Virus record (IMG/VR): IMGVR_UViG_3300050503_000029
Length of the DNA: 64,000 nucleotides
Strand: one strand, 5' to 3'
Source of the DNA: a virus
Position numbers and translations under genes: made by a program
Part shown: one piece after another, positions 41,411-51,140 of the stretch
How the letters are laid out: each line of letters opens with the position of its first letter
Position numbering within the stretch: the first letter of the stretch is position 1
Notes under the pieces: generated by a model
Databases searched by the model: none
The model's input: only the letters and a program-made list of their open reading frames with translations
Told to the model about the DNA's origin: nothing

Positions 41411-42133
41411 TTACTCGTCGCCGCGCATCCGGGCGAGGATGAGCTCCGAGGTGGACCGCTTCTTCGGCGGGGTCTTCTTGTCCGCGCCGTCCTGGGAGCG
41501 AGAGGTGGCGGGACGACGACGGGCGGCAGGCTTCTTCTCCTCCTCGTCCTCCTTGTCGTCCTTGGCCGGCTCCTCGCCGAACAGCTCGGGGAACTCCTCC
41601 TGGAGGCGGGTGACCTCGTCCTCCACACCCTCCAGTTCCAGCTCCTCGTTCACCTCGATGGCGGAGAGGTCCATGAGCTTGATGAGCCGCGGGATACCCG
41701 CCTTGCCCTTCTTGGGCTGGGCCGCGAGGAGAGCCGCCTCCGCGCCGGTCTTGATGAGAGCCGGCAGGTACTTCTCCGTCAGGGACTTGGAGACCTTCTC
41801 GGTGGCCTCGCGGAGCTTGGCCTCGGCCTCGGTCTCGTTCTTCCGGGCCTGCTCGTCCAGCTTGGCCTGGAGCTCACGGGCCTTGGCCTTCGCCGCCTGA
41901 CGTGCCTTGATGGCCTTGATCATCTCGGCCCGCGGAACGGTGTCAGACGCGCCGGCCTCGGCCTCGGCGGTGAGGTCGTCTTCCTCCTCGTCGTCCACCT
42001 CCTCGGCCTTCTTGCCGGCAGGCTTCTTGCCCTGCGCCGCAGCGAGGATCCGCTGGGCGGTGCTGTCCTCGTCCTCGTCCGACTCCTCGGCCTCGGTGCC
42101 CTCGGGCTTGGTGTCGTCGTTTTCCTTGGCCAT
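41411..42133 (-). CDS. scaffolding protein
   Basis: ATG 42133 (MAKENDDTKPEG...). Highly charged Glu/Lys/Ala-rich helical protein between the MuF-like and capsid genes. Confidence 0.75.
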   Translation of the reverse strand: MAKENDDTKPEGTEAEESDEDEDSTAQRILAAAQGKKPAGKKAEEVDDEEEDDLTAEAEAGASDTVPRAEMIKAIKARQAAKAKARELQAKLDEQARKNETEAEAKLREATEKVSKSLTEKYLPALIKTGAEAALLAAQPKKGKAGIPRLIKLMDLSAIEVNEELELEGVEDEVTRLQEEFPELFGEEPAKDDKEDEEEKKPAARRRPATSRSQDGADKKTPPKKRSTSELILARMRGDE

Positions 42134-42214
42134 GGTGAGCCCTCTCACGTGTGTACGAAGTGAAGGGAGCGGCGGTCGTGAACCGCTCCCCACACGTTGG
42201 GTGTGGTGCGTTGG

Positions 42215-42490
42215 TCAGCTCTTGGTGGTGCCGTCGGGGTTCCAGTTCGGGGGGATCATGCTGGAGAGGTCGAGGGCACGGGCCCGCTTCATGATGAAGC
42301 GGCGAACCTTGGCCTGGTCCTCAGGCGACCCGGCACGGCCCACGGCCTGGATCGCGTCCTTGAGCTCCGCCCGGTTGCGAACCGGGTAGGAACCCCCACT
42401 GTCCTTGTTCGGAATCGCTTGCCCCTTCTTGGCGAGCGCCTTCCTCTGTGCCATGCTCGGGTCAGCCATGACGGCCATCATTCCCTTCAC
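42215..42490 (-). CDS. hypothetical protein
   Basis: 91-aa track ORF between the MuF-like and scaffold genes. Confidence 0.55.
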   Translation of the reverse strand: MKGMMAVMADPSMAQRKALAKKGQAIPNKDSGGSYPVRNRAELKDAIQAVGRAGSPEDQAKVRRFIMKRARALDLSSMIPPNWNPDGTTKS

Positions 42491-42502
42491 TGGAATTCCA
42501 GG

Positions 42503-43402
42503 TCATGTTACATCATTGCCAGGAAAGTTTCTACCCTGTGGGAAGTTCCGGTCTTGGAGTGCACGGCGAGCACGCCGGACAACACTGGGCGGAAGTCTCA
42601 GGGTAGGAGACTGGAGGAGCTTGTCGAGAGCACGGAGACGAGCCGCGTTGGATTCAGTCGGGAGGGACCACCCACGCGCCACACTCCTCTCCGCTTCTCG
42701 TTTCAGCGCCTCCGGTGTTTCTGTTCCACCGTCCCACGGGATGATCCGGCAACGGCAGTTCGGGTGACGAGGCGGTCGGCCGTTGTAGCCAGGCCACGCC
42801 AGTTGCTTCTCCGCGTACGGAGAGAACGAGGTGAAGGGCTCACCGAACCTGGCAACCTCGCCGGCAAGACCGATGCAGTGGACGCACGCGTCCCGCTCGG
42901 AAACCCAGACGATACCCTCAGCCCCGAGCTGGTAGGCGGAGAGTTCTGCCGCGATGGCCGCAGTACGGTTGACCTCGGCTCGTGACAGGTTCTGGGTAGA
43001 GACGTTGGCCCTGGTGTAGATCGGCTCGGCCAGGTCGGGGTTGTTCGCCATGGCTTGCTCGGCTAGGGCGATGATGGCCTCCAGTTGCTGGTCGAACGTG
43101 GAGGCCTGGGAGGGTGGAGCTTGAGACGCGGCACCGGCTCGTCGGGTAATCGGTCGGCGCCCCGTAATGAGTCGCCAGGCGCTGGAAGCGATAGCTGTAC
43201 CGACGACACGCACCTGATCTACTACGCCCCTAATGAATCCCCTAACACTCGTCTGGGCGTTACGTAGCGCCGTCGGCGTGAAGCCGTCAGCTTGTGCGGC
43301 GAGGCGGAAAGCCTCGTTGACTCCGTTAGCCGCGTGGTCTTCCCAGCGGATAAGGGAATCGCTGGCGTCGTTGTTGCCCAGGATCTCGTCTTCCAGCGCC
43401 AT
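42503..43402 (-). CDS. MuF-like / SPP1 gp7-family head morphogenesis protein
   Basis: 299 aa, directly after the portal gene. Signature RPPRHPNCRCRIIPW. Confidence 0.8.
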   Translation of the reverse strand: MALEDEILGNNDASDSLIRWEDHAANGVNEAFRLAAQADGFTPTALRNAQTSVRGFIRGVVDQVRVVGTAIASSAWRLITGRRPITRRAGAASQAPPSQASTFDQQLEAIIALAEQAMANNPDLAEPIYTRANVSTQNLSRAEVNRTAAIAAELSAYQLGAEGIVWVSERDACVHCIGLAGEVARFGEPFTSFSPYAEKQLAWPGYNGRPPRHPNCRCRIIPWDGGTETPEALKREAERSVARGWSLPTESNAARLRALDKLLQSPTLRLPPSVVRRARRALQDRNFPQGRNFPGNDVT

Positions 43403-43405
43403 GGC

Positions 43406-45166
43406 TTACACTCCTGCCGGCTGAGCGGGAGGTGTGGGAGCGACCTCGGGAAGTGCGGTGCCCGCGGCCAGGGCCTGCTGGTTCTGGGCCACGGCAGCCG
43501 GCGACGAACCGAAGGAGTTGCCGGGCAGCGGGACACCCGACATGTCGAGGTTGTCAGCGGCGCCGGAGCCATCGGGGTTGTCCTCGGTGTAGCCCCACGA
43601 CGTGACCTCGGCCTCGGTGTAGCCGGCCTCCAGCAGAGTCTGACGCACGGGAACGCCGGCCTTCTGCTGTGCCTGCACAGCCTCCCAGCCCTCCTTGCCG
43701 GAGACGACTTGGACCGGAGCCCAGCGGACCTTGACCTCAGCTTCCAGCCCGAGGAGCTTGAGGCCGTACGACACGGCATCCTGCCACGTGGCCTCGGCGG
43801 AGAGCTGGCGGGCGTTCACCTTGGAGATGAACGGGGACTCACCCTTCCTCTGAGACTCGCCGGAGGCAGGTGTGGCGGTAGCTCCGAGAGTCACGAGGAA
43901 GTACGACACGGGGGTGGCGGTCACCGCAGCCATGAGGCCGGTGAACTTGTCGAGGGGCTGGAGGAACTGGCTGACGTCCGCGGCGGTGAACTGACCGACC
44001 GCCTTCATGTTCCGGAGAGGCCAGATCCGACCCGGTCCCGAGATGAGCTGGGACTGGAGGTCGCTCGGGTTCTTCGTGTCCGCGGTTGCGCCGTTGTCGC
44101 CCTCGTCCCAGTCGAGGTCGTCATCCGTCGTGGTGCCCGTCTCCTGGAGAGCCCACCGCTGGGGGAACGCGGCGAAGTCGGAGGTGGACATCATGTTGGT
44201 GATGATCTTGGTCAGGGCGTCCTGGCAGCCATAGGCCTTCAGGTGCTCGGGCCGGCCGTACGGCCTCGCGGTGCGGAAGTGGAAGAACGGGATCTCTCCG
44301 GTGTCGTTCGGGAGGAATCCCTTCTCGTCCGTGGAGTCGTCGGTGAAGACCTGGAAGTCGGCCGCGCCGGAGCGGTCGGAGGCACCCTTGGAGATGAACT
44401 TGTAGGTGCCATCCTTGTAGTACAGGTTCAAGCGGATCCGCTTGTTCGCCTTGGGCCCGACTTCCCAGCGCTTGATGGACAGCCGCTTCTTCCGCGGGTT
44501 CTCGTCCTCGTACAGGATGCGGACGTTCTTCGGGGAGTTGAAGAACAGGTCCACTCGGTTACTGTCCGGCTCGTCCTCGTCGTCACAGAGGCCGACGAAC
44601 AGGTAGGCGTCCCCGTATTCCAACATCTTCTCGTGAACCTCGGGCGCCTCGATGTCCATCTCATTGTCGCGCCAGATCTTGGAGACGGCCTCATCCAGGG
44701 CCTTCTCCTCGTCGGACATCTCCTCGTCGTCGGGCTGTTCCACACCAGCCGGCATGATGCCCGATGCGCCCGTGCCTGAGTTGTCCGACTCGGCGGCGTC
44801 GTCCTCGGTGTCGTCTTCCTCGTCCTCGCCGTCATCGATCGGCTCCGCGGTAACGGCGGCGATCTCCATACGGTCCTGTACGGCGTCCACGACGCGGCCG
44901 GCCAGGTTGACATTGAAGTCGGTGTCCGACCCCGTGAGGAGAGCCTGTACGGCCCGGCTGAGGAACTTCTCCTTGACCGTGCCGTCGTAGTAGGCCTCGG
45001 CCTTGTCGTACCCCGGGAGGGCGTCGTGGAGACTCTCCAGGGCCTCGTCCAGATCCAACCAGATCTGGGGGTCGGGCATGTTCGCGGCGGCGGGTGTTTC
45101 ACCACCCTCACCCTCTACGGCGGTGGGCACGACGTACCCGTCCACCACCCTGTCTTCCATGGCCAC
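43406..45166 (-). CDS. portal protein
   Basis: 586 aa. Position after TerL. SPP1 Gp6-like N-terminal region (LPGYDKAEAYYDGTVKEKFLS). Confidence 0.9.
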   Translation of the reverse strand: MAMEDRVVDGYVVPTAVEGEGGETPAAANMPDPQIWLDLDEALESLHDALPGYDKAEAYYDGTVKEKFLSRAVQALLTGSDTDFNVNLAGRVVDAVQDRMEIAAVTAEPIDDGEDEEDDTEDDAAESDNSGTGASGIMPAGVEQPDDEEMSDEEKALDEAVSKIWRDNEMDIEAPEVHEKMLEYGDAYLFVGLCDDEDEPDSNRVDLFFNSPKNVRILYEDENPRKKRLSIKRWEVGPKANKRIRLNLYYKDGTYKFISKGASDRSGAADFQVFTDDSTDEKGFLPNDTGEIPFFHFRTARPYGRPEHLKAYGCQDALTKIITNMMSTSDFAAFPQRWALQETGTTTDDDLDWDEGDNGATADTKNPSDLQSQLISGPGRIWPLRNMKAVGQFTAADVSQFLQPLDKFTGLMAAVTATPVSYFLVTLGATATPASGESQRKGESPFISKVNARQLSAEATWQDAVSYGLKLLGLEAEVKVRWAPVQVVSGKEGWEAVQAQQKAGVPVRQTLLEAGYTEAEVTSWGYTEDNPDGSGAADNLDMSGVPLPGNSFGSSPAAVAQNQQALAAGTALPEVAPTPPAQPAGV

Positions 45167-46791
45167 TAGGACCTCCCATTGTAGGGCACCGACGTGCCAC
45201 CCGCGGACTTGTTCGGCTTGAGGAAGAACGAGACACCAGCGCCGACGGCATCAACCATATCATCGTTGAGCACGTTCGGAAAAGCGCACATCTGGGCCTC
45301 AAGCTCGGGCATAGGCTGGATATGCTTTACCCGATAACGCTGGTAGTGGTTGAGGAGGTGCGAGGCTCGAACCTTCTTGGGCACCTGCTCATTATGGATG
45401 ATGACCTTAACCGGCATGTCGTGGAATACGGAATGCCACGTCTCGCCGCCCTGGTTGGCCTCGACTCGGATCCGCCCGATCTCCGGAAAGGCCTCGCAGA
45501 TTTCCAGCGCCTTCAACCGCATGGCCTTTGGAGCCAGCTTGAATTGCCGGCAGTACAGGACGGTGCACTTCTTGGTCTCGCGGTCGAACGCGATAACCGC
45601 CACGCCGTAATAGTCGGAGCTGGTCTTGCTGGTCGTCGCCGGGTCAATCTGGAGAAGGGTGTGGGTCCGTGTCGGGACGTCCCCGTACACAAAGTCCTCC
45701 TCCACCCAGTAGTCACCGTCCATGCGGACGGGCTGGTTGAGGAAGTTCTTCTTATAGGACCTCGTGTGCTTGATCTCCGAGAGGTATTCCATGGGCCACT
45801 TGTATGGCCAGATGGACCTCTCGGTGCCGTCCTCGTTCTGGAGGATCGGCTCGATGTAGACCACCTGGAACTTCTCGTCGGTGATCCACTGCGGGGTGTC
45901 CTTGGTCGTGGTGACAGTCTCGACCAACTGGTGGACGATCGAACCCGGCATGGTGACCGTGCCGATCAGTGCTACGTGCGCCCGCTCGTTCATCGCCAGG
46001 ACGGTATCGATGATCGTGGTAAGGCGCTTCTTCATCTGGTACTGGCTGTAGTTGGACTCATCCGGCTCGATGTCATCGAGGATGATGAGGTCCGGCCGCC
46101 GGTTCTGAGGGTCAACCAGACCCAGGATCTCAGAGTCGAGGCCAGCCGCGGTGAACGTGAACTCCGACTGGGAGTGGTACATCTCCTGGGTGTCGGCGAC
46201 GTTGCCACCGCTCGGCCTCTTTGCCGGCGTGCACAGCTTGGGGAAGTCGTTCCGGATGAGCTGGTTGGTGTCCACCTGGCGCTTGAAGCCGGACAGGTGC
46301 TTCTGTGCCTGGGTCGCCGACGAGGAAAACGCGGCGATGAACTTCACGTGTTCGTGGGACGACGCCCACAGAGGCAGGATCTTGAACACCCACGAGGACT
46401 TGCCGGCCTCACGAGGAGCAACGAAGGCGGTCCGCGATTCGCGGGCCTTGATCGGATCCTTCCACTTCTGGACATACCGACACAGCTCTAGGTGCAGCTC
46501 AGCAAACGAGATGTGTCCCGCATCGTCCGTAATGAGCGTACGGCAGTAGACGAGAGCGAACAGCATCGGATCGTTGCGCGTCATGTACACGCGCCCCGTA
46601 GACGTGAACACGCGCTCCGACGAGCCGTCCGGAAGATCGACCAAGTACGTCAGGGGCTTGTCTGCGTCTGGCCGTAGCTTGTCGATGGCGGCCGCGAACG
46701 TGATAGCGTTCGCCAGGTACACCTCATGGTTGAAGGTGGTGGCGTTCACGCTGGGGCCGAGCGGGTCATCCGCGAGAGTGGTTACTCCCAT
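45166..46791 (-). CDS. terL: terminase large subunit
   Basis: 541 aa. Walker A VAPREAGKSS, Walker B DLIILDDIE, C-terminal nuclease-type region. Confidence 0.9.
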   Translation of the reverse strand: MGVTTLADDPLGPSVNATTFNHEVYLANAITFAAAIDKLRPDADKPLTYLVDLPDGSSERVFTSTGRVYMTRNDPMLFALVYCRTLITDDAGHISFAELHLELCRYVQKWKDPIKARESRTAFVAPREAGKSSWVFKILPLWASSHEHVKFIAAFSSSATQAQKHLSGFKRQVDTNQLIRNDFPKLCTPAKRPSGGNVADTQEMYHSQSEFTFTAAGLDSEILGLVDPQNRRPDLIILDDIEPDESNYSQYQMKKRLTTIIDTVLAMNERAHVALIGTVTMPGSIVHQLVETVTTTKDTPQWITDEKFQVVYIEPILQNEDGTERSIWPYKWPMEYLSEIKHTRSYKKNFLNQPVRMDGDYWVEEDFVYGDVPTRTHTLLQIDPATTSKTSSDYYGVAVIAFDRETKKCTVLYCRQFKLAPKAMRLKALEICEAFPEIGRIRVEANQGGETWHSVFHDMPVKVIIHNEQVPKKVRASHLLNHYQRYRVKHIQPMPELEAQMCAFPNVLNDDMVDAVGAGVSFFLKPNKSAGGTSVPYNGRS

Positions 46792-47314
46792 CCTGGTCAG
46801 CCCTCCCCCGGCGGATCATCTCGGCCAGCTCCATGTCCACGTTGTCCATGGTGTGAATGGTCGCTTCCACACGAACCGGCTTGTCGAGGCCGAGGAGCTT
46901 GGACCTGCGCTCCATCACCTTCAGGAGGCGGTCGATGATCTTCATCACGGGGTCGATGTCGGGGACCGGGTCACCCGTGTCCATGTAGACCACGTGGCCC
47001 TGGCTGACCGTGTAGTAGTCCTCATCGATCATGGTCCAGAGCCGTTCCTCCAGGAGGTCCAGCTTCCCGATCTCGATGTCTCGGTGGTGGCTGGCGTCCT
47101 TCTCCAGGAGCTTGGGCGTGTACTTGTTGAGGAGCTTCTGGACCCGGAAGACGGAGCACTCCATGATGTCCGCCACCCGGGCCAGCGTGTACTTGGTGCC
47201 GTCCTCCTCGCCTGTCCGGAGAGCGAACATCCGCGCCGCGTCGGCCGCTTCCTTCTCCTTGTTGTACCGTGAGGAGGTGGGGAACGACTTGGTTCCCGGC
47301 GCGTTCTTTCCCAT
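46766..47314 (-). CDS. terS: terminase small subunit
   Basis: 182 aa, overlaps terL by 26 nt. HTH-like YTLARVADIMECSVFRVQKLL. Confidence 0.7.
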   Translation of the reverse strand: MGKNAPGTKSFPTSSRYNKEKEAADAARMFALRTGEEDGTKYTLARVADIMECSVFRVQKLLNKYTPKLLEKDASHHRDIEIGKLDLLEERLWTMIDEDYYTVSQGHVVYMDTGDPVPDIDPVMKIIDRLLKVMERRSKLLGLDKPVRVEATIHTMDNVDMELAEMIRRGRADQDGSNHSRG

Positions 47315-47323
47315 GACGGGCTC

Positions 47324-47361
47324 CCATAGTCTGGTTCTGGACGGTAGCTACCAGACTATGG
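47324..47361. promoter_or_regulatory. 12-bp perfect inverted repeat CCATAGTCTGGT-N14-ACCAGACTATGG (operator-like)
   Basis: Arms at 47324..47335 and 47350..47361. It spans the promoter spacer, the -10 and the start region of the terS promoter, and abuts the terS SD. Confidence 0.6.
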
Positions 47362-47373
47362 TAAGCCTGTCAA
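47345..47373 (-). promoter_or_regulatory. promoter TTGACA-N17-TAGCTA upstream of terS
   Basis: Reverse strand: -35 at 47373..47368, -10 at 47350..47345. A second CTTGACA lies 13 nt further upstream (47386..47381). Confidence 0.5.
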
Positions 47374-47382
47374 GGCCCTCTG

Positions 47383-48381
47383 TCAAGACGTGATGGCGTT
47401 CAGCCACATGGGAGCGGTATGGGTCGTCGTCCTGTTGTCAGCCACGTACTTCTTCGCGGCCCGACCGATCTCGGCGAACATCTCCGGGTCGTCCACCGAG
47501 GCCTTCAGATGACGGCTCCACATGTGGTCGTCCTTGACGAGGAGGCCAGTCTCGCCGTGAACGATCGAGCGGTACGGCGCCACGTCAGAGGCGATGGTCG
47601 GGATACCCAGGGCGGCCAGCTCCAGGTACTTGATGTCCGACTTGGACTGGTTGAAGTGGCTGTCCGCGAGAGGTGCCACCCCCACCGTGTAGTCGATGGT
47701 GCGGAAGAAGTCCTCCGGCGTCGGCACCCACTTCGTATGATGGCACTGTGCCGGCGGGAGCTTCATCCACTCCGCGTAGTCCATGCCGATCGTGTGGAAG
47801 GTCTTGCCGGGGTTCCTCTTCAGGAACGTGGACATCCCGTGGCGGAGCCTCGTGAAGTCACCGTGGTGTGTGGGGCTCCCGCCCCAGCCGACGTGGTGGT
47901 TCTTCTCCGCCTCGTGTTCAAGGAGCCAGGCCGGCACCGCGTTCGGAACCACGTGGATGTTCCGGTGACCGGTCTGTCGGAACACCTCGTCGCCCAGCTC
48001 GGGAGTCGAGACGGTGACCACGTGCGCCACCTGGATGTTCTCCTTGAGCCGCTTCTGGATGCCCATGTCCCGGAAGAAGTAATAGGCCTTCTCGTTCGCC
48101 GGGTCGATGTTCCAGAGGTCGTCGTCCAGCTCATAGACCAGCTTCTTCTGGCCCTCGCGGGCCCAGCGCTGCCAGAGCTTGGACGGTCCCTCCATGCACA
48201 CCCGCTGGCCGATCACGATGTTGGCCAGGTCCTTGGCCTTGTCGGTGATCGTGGAACCGAGACCCAGCACCAGGTTCGGGTCCATCTCCTTCATGGCCAT
48301 GAACGGGAAGCGGATGCGGTAGGCCTGACAGCCGGAGGCGTCTGCCGCCCAGCCCCAGATGCGAAGAGGTTGGGTCGTCAC
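47383..48381 (-). CDS. glycosyltransferase (GT4/GT1-like, GT-B fold)
   Basis: GTG 48381 (GTGA overlap with the upstream stop). C-terminal sugar-donor motif LAALGIPTIASDVAPYRSIVHGETGLLV. Confidence 0.8.
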   Translation of the reverse strand: MTTQPLRIWGWAADASGCQAYRIRFPFMAMKEMDPNLVLGLGSTITDKAKDLANIVIGQRVCMEGPSKLWQRWAREGQKKLVYELDDDLWNIDPANEKAYYFFRDMGIQKRLKENIQVAHVVTVSTPELGDEVFRQTGHRNIHVVPNAVPAWLLEHEAEKNHHVGWGGSPTHHGDFTRLRHGMSTFLKRNPGKTFHTIGMDYAEWMKLPPAQCHHTKWVPTPEDFFRTIDYTVGVAPLADSHFNQSKSDIKYLELAALGIPTIASDVAPYRSIVHGETGLLVKDDHMWSRHLKASVDDPEMFAEIGRAAKKYVADNRTTTHTAPMWLNAITS

Positions 48382-48893
48382 GGCTTGGCCTCCAGACTGG
48401 CGATCATGGCGCACTGCCAGTCCACTCGACTGGTGACAGGCCACGCGGAGAGTTCAGCGCTGGCGATGCTGACGTGTCGCACGTCTTGCACCCCAGAACG
48501 CCTCAGGACGCGCTCTAGGCGATCGGGGGTGCACTCCCAGAGGTGTACGTCGTTCGCCCAGCGACCGGCGCCGTGGACGACGTCCTGGAGCTTGATGCCG
48601 TACAGCCTGCCGGCGCGGTCGAGTGCCCGAGCACGGTCACAGTCCGGACCCACCACGGCGATCTCGACTCCCGGCACGCATCGCTCCCACAGCTTGGAGA
48701 GCGCCGGCGCGATGGTGCCGAGGGCGAGGTGTTCGAGGACGTGACCGAGGTAGACGTGGGTCACCCCCTGGATCTCGTCGGGGAGGTTCATGAGGTCACC
48801 CTGGATGTCCGGCTTGACCTCGTCGTTCCTCTCGATATCCATGTTGGTCCAGCCGTCGGCACGGTGGTTACCACACCCAACGTTGAGCTTCAC
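48378..48893 (-). CDS. class I SAM-dependent methyltransferase
   Basis: 171 aa. Motif I KLNVGCGNH and post-I/II LGHVLEHL. Confidence 0.7.
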   Translation of the reverse strand: MKLNVGCGNHRADGWTNMDIERNDEVKPDIQGDLMNLPDEIQGVTHVYLGHVLEHLALGTIAPALSKLWERCVPGVEIAVVGPDCDRARALDRAGRLYGIKLQDVVHGAGRWANDVHLWECTPDRLERVLRRSGVQDVRHVSIASAELSAWPVTSRVDWQCAMIASLEAKP

Positions 48894-49942
48894 TGGCCGA
48901 CCTCCAGTGCACGCGGGTTGTCCTGGTACCAGTGGACGGTCTGGATGAGGCGGTCCACGAGATTGACCGGCGGGGTCCAGCCGAAGTTGGCGAGCTTGGT
49001 CCCGTCCAGGCCATAGTGCATGTCATGCCCCGGCCGGCTGGTGTGGAAGTTCACCATCTCGAAGTTGCCGTCCACTCCGATGATCTCGGCCAGGGTCTCG
49101 GCCACCTCCAGGTTGGTCGCCCGCTGACCCACGATGTTGAACCGGTGAGGCTCCGCCGGCATGTCGGGGTAGTACGTCAGGTGGCCGGCGTGGCGAGGCG
49201 ACGAGGTGATGAGGTCGAACTTCTGGGTTAGCCACAGCCAGGCGTCGGCAAAGTCCTCGATGCCGATCCAGCAGCGGCTCCCACTCTCGCCCTCGGGAGA
49301 CGAGTGGATGGTCACCGGCTCGCCGGCGGTGAGGGCGCGGATGGTCTTGGGGATGAACTTCTCCGGGTGCTGCCGCGGACCGATGAGGTTCATGGTGTTG
49401 GTGATGACCAGCGGGATACCGAACGCCCGCCAGTACGAGTAGGCGATGGCCTCCTGAGCGGCCTTGCTGGCGGCGTAGGGGTTGCTCGGCTTGAGCGGCG
49501 ACCACTCCGTGTGCGGCGCGTCCTTCGAGTCGTCCAGCGGGCCGAACACCTCGTCCGTGGACATGTGCAGGAAGATCCGCGGCTGGACCTCCCGGGCGAA
49601 CTCCAGGACGTTGGTGATCAACGCCACGTTGTTCCAGATGAACGGCGCCGGGTCGGTGAGGCTGCGGTCGACGTGGGACTCCGAGGCGATGTTCCAGATG
49701 AAGTCGATGGTCGGCAGGTCGTCCCCGAACAGGTCCGCGGTGAACGGCATGGACAGGTCGCACGGGACGACACGGATCCGGTCCGGGAACTGGTCACGGA
49801 GAGCCACCAGGTTGGACTGGCTTCCCATGTGCCGCATGGTCGTGGGGCACACCACGTACCAGTCGGTCGACTGTATGACCCGCTCCAGGGCAGCGGATCC
49901 TACGAAGCCGGAGGCTCCCGTGAGGAAAAGGGTCTTACTCAT
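48890..49942 (-). CDS. NAD-dependent sugar-nucleotide 4,6-dehydratase/epimerase (SDR, RmlB-like)
   Basis: 350 aa. Rossmann LFLTGASGFVGSA, STDEVFG, catalytic YAASKAAQE. Confidence 0.85.
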   Translation of the reverse strand: MSKTLFLTGASGFVGSAALERVIQSTDWYVVCPTTMRHMGSQSNLVALRDQFPDRIRVVPCDLSMPFTADLFGDDLPTIDFIWNIASESHVDRSLTDPAPFIWNNVALITNVLEFAREVQPRIFLHMSTDEVFGPLDDSKDAPHTEWSPLKPSNPYAASKAAQEAIAYSYWRAFGIPLVITNTMNLIGPRQHPEKFIPKTIRALTAGEPVTIHSSPEGESGSRCWIGIEDFADAWLWLTQKFDLITSSPRHAGHLTYYPDMPAEPHRFNIVGQRATNLEVAETLAEIIGVDGNFEMVNFHTSRPGHDMHYGLDGTKLANFGWTPPVNLVDRLIQTVHWYQDNPRALEVGQ

Positions 49943-50258
49943 TGGCGGGTCCGTTCTCTCGCTCCTGGGCGGCGATGCCTTCCAGGTATAGGTTCCTCAT
50001 CTTGTCCGCACGCATGACGGCGGTGTGTTCGATGGTGTCAGTCTTGACCACCGCCCCGTCACCCTCGAAGGTGGTGAAGTCGATGGTCTTGCCGCGGAGT
50101 TCCATCCACCCCTTGGCCTCGGCGGTGGCCTTCTCGATGCTGACCCAGGCTTCCGGCTCGGAGTCGATGACCGCTCCGCCCTGGGTCACGATCTGGAAGC
50201 ACACCATGATGTGACCCTCGGGCGGCTCGGGGATGCCGTCCTTGATGTAGTCAGTCAT
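49935..50258 (-). CDS. hypothetical protein
   Basis: 107-aa track ORF with an 8-nt overlap with each neighbour. Confidence 0.55.
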   Translation of the reverse strand: MTDYIKDGIPEPPEGHIMVCFQIVTQGGAVIDSEPEAWVSIEKATAEAKGWMELRGKTIDFTTFEGDGAVVKTDTIEHTAVMRADKMRNLYLEGIAAQERENGPANE

Positions 50259-50778
50259 CCGACTTGACCTCCGGGAGCTGCCGCCCCTTGCCCGGGGTGA
50301 TGAGCTGGATGGACATGAAGGAGGTGATCAGTCCCGAGGCCAGGAACTTCCACTGGTAGTCGTCTGCCCAGATGGCAGAGAACATCAGGGCGAAGGCCAG
50401 CAGGCCGACGAGGCGACCGGAGACGAGACGCCAGCGGGGGAGTGTGGTGCTGTGAAGCTCCGCGGGTACCTCGTCCCGGAACCACTCGAACCCAGGCGGG
50501 ACACCCTGGCCCAGGAAGTCCAGCTTGCCGCTCGGGTCAGCGGACAGATGCGGGATCCGGATCTTCGCCTCGCGGCCGTCGGACAGGGACAGGTCGAAGA
50601 ACCCGCCCGGCTTGAAGTTCTTGGGCGCGGCACCCATCCACTCGAAGTGGCCGTACCACCTCACGATGCGGCCGATGCCCTGGACCTCCGCGGTCAGGTA
50701 GACATCGTGAGCCACACCCTCGACATCGACAGAGGCGATGCCCTCGAACAGGATGACCGTGGCTTCCTTCTCGTCCAT
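50251..50778 (-). CDS. membrane protein (soluble N-domain plus 2 C-terminal TM)
   Basis: 175 aa. TM segments LVGLLAFALMFSAIWA and FLASGLITSFMSIQLI. Confidence 0.6.
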   Translation of the reverse strand: MDEKEATVILFEGIASVDVEGVAHDVYLTAEVQGIGRIVRWYGHFEWMGAAPKNFKPGGFFDLSLSDGREAKIRIPHLSADPSGKLDFLGQGVPPGFEWFRDEVPAELHSTTLPRWRLVSGRLVGLLAFALMFSAIWADDYQWKFLASGLITSFMSIQLITPGKGRQLPEVKSDD

Positions 50779-51140
50779 CAGATACCGTCCTCACTCGTCG
50801 GCTTGTACGACTCGTGGCCCCAGCCCTGCGGTGACTTGAAGATCCCGGGGGCCTTGTCACCCAGCAGATTGACGCCGAGGGCGAGGAACAGACGGCGGCC
50901 GTAGTTGCGTCGCCACCAGACGCCGGCGCGACCGCACATGCCGTGACGCTGCCAGCCCCAGTAGGAGTGCTGTTCGCCCCACCCGAACGACCGGGTACGC
51001 GCGGTCTTCTGAGACCGGCACTCACACTCCTTGCCCTTGGGGTCCTCGTACACACCCACCACTCGCTGGGGTGTCGTGTCGATGAACTCCTGGGCCTTCT
51101 CCTCGTCTCCGAAATACAGGAGGACGATCCGTCCGGCCAT
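50778..51140 (-). CDS. hypothetical Trp/Arg-rich protein (first gene of the leftward block)
   Basis: ATG 51140 (MAGRIVLLYFGDEEKAQEF...) inside track ORF 50778..51212. 120 aa. Confidence 0.55.
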   Translation of the reverse strand: MAGRIVLLYFGDEEKAQEFIDTTPQRVVGVYEDPKGKECECRSQKTARTRSFGWGEQHSYWGWQRHGMCGRAGVWWRRNYGRRLFLALGVNLLGDKAPGIFKSPQGWGHESYKPTSEDGI

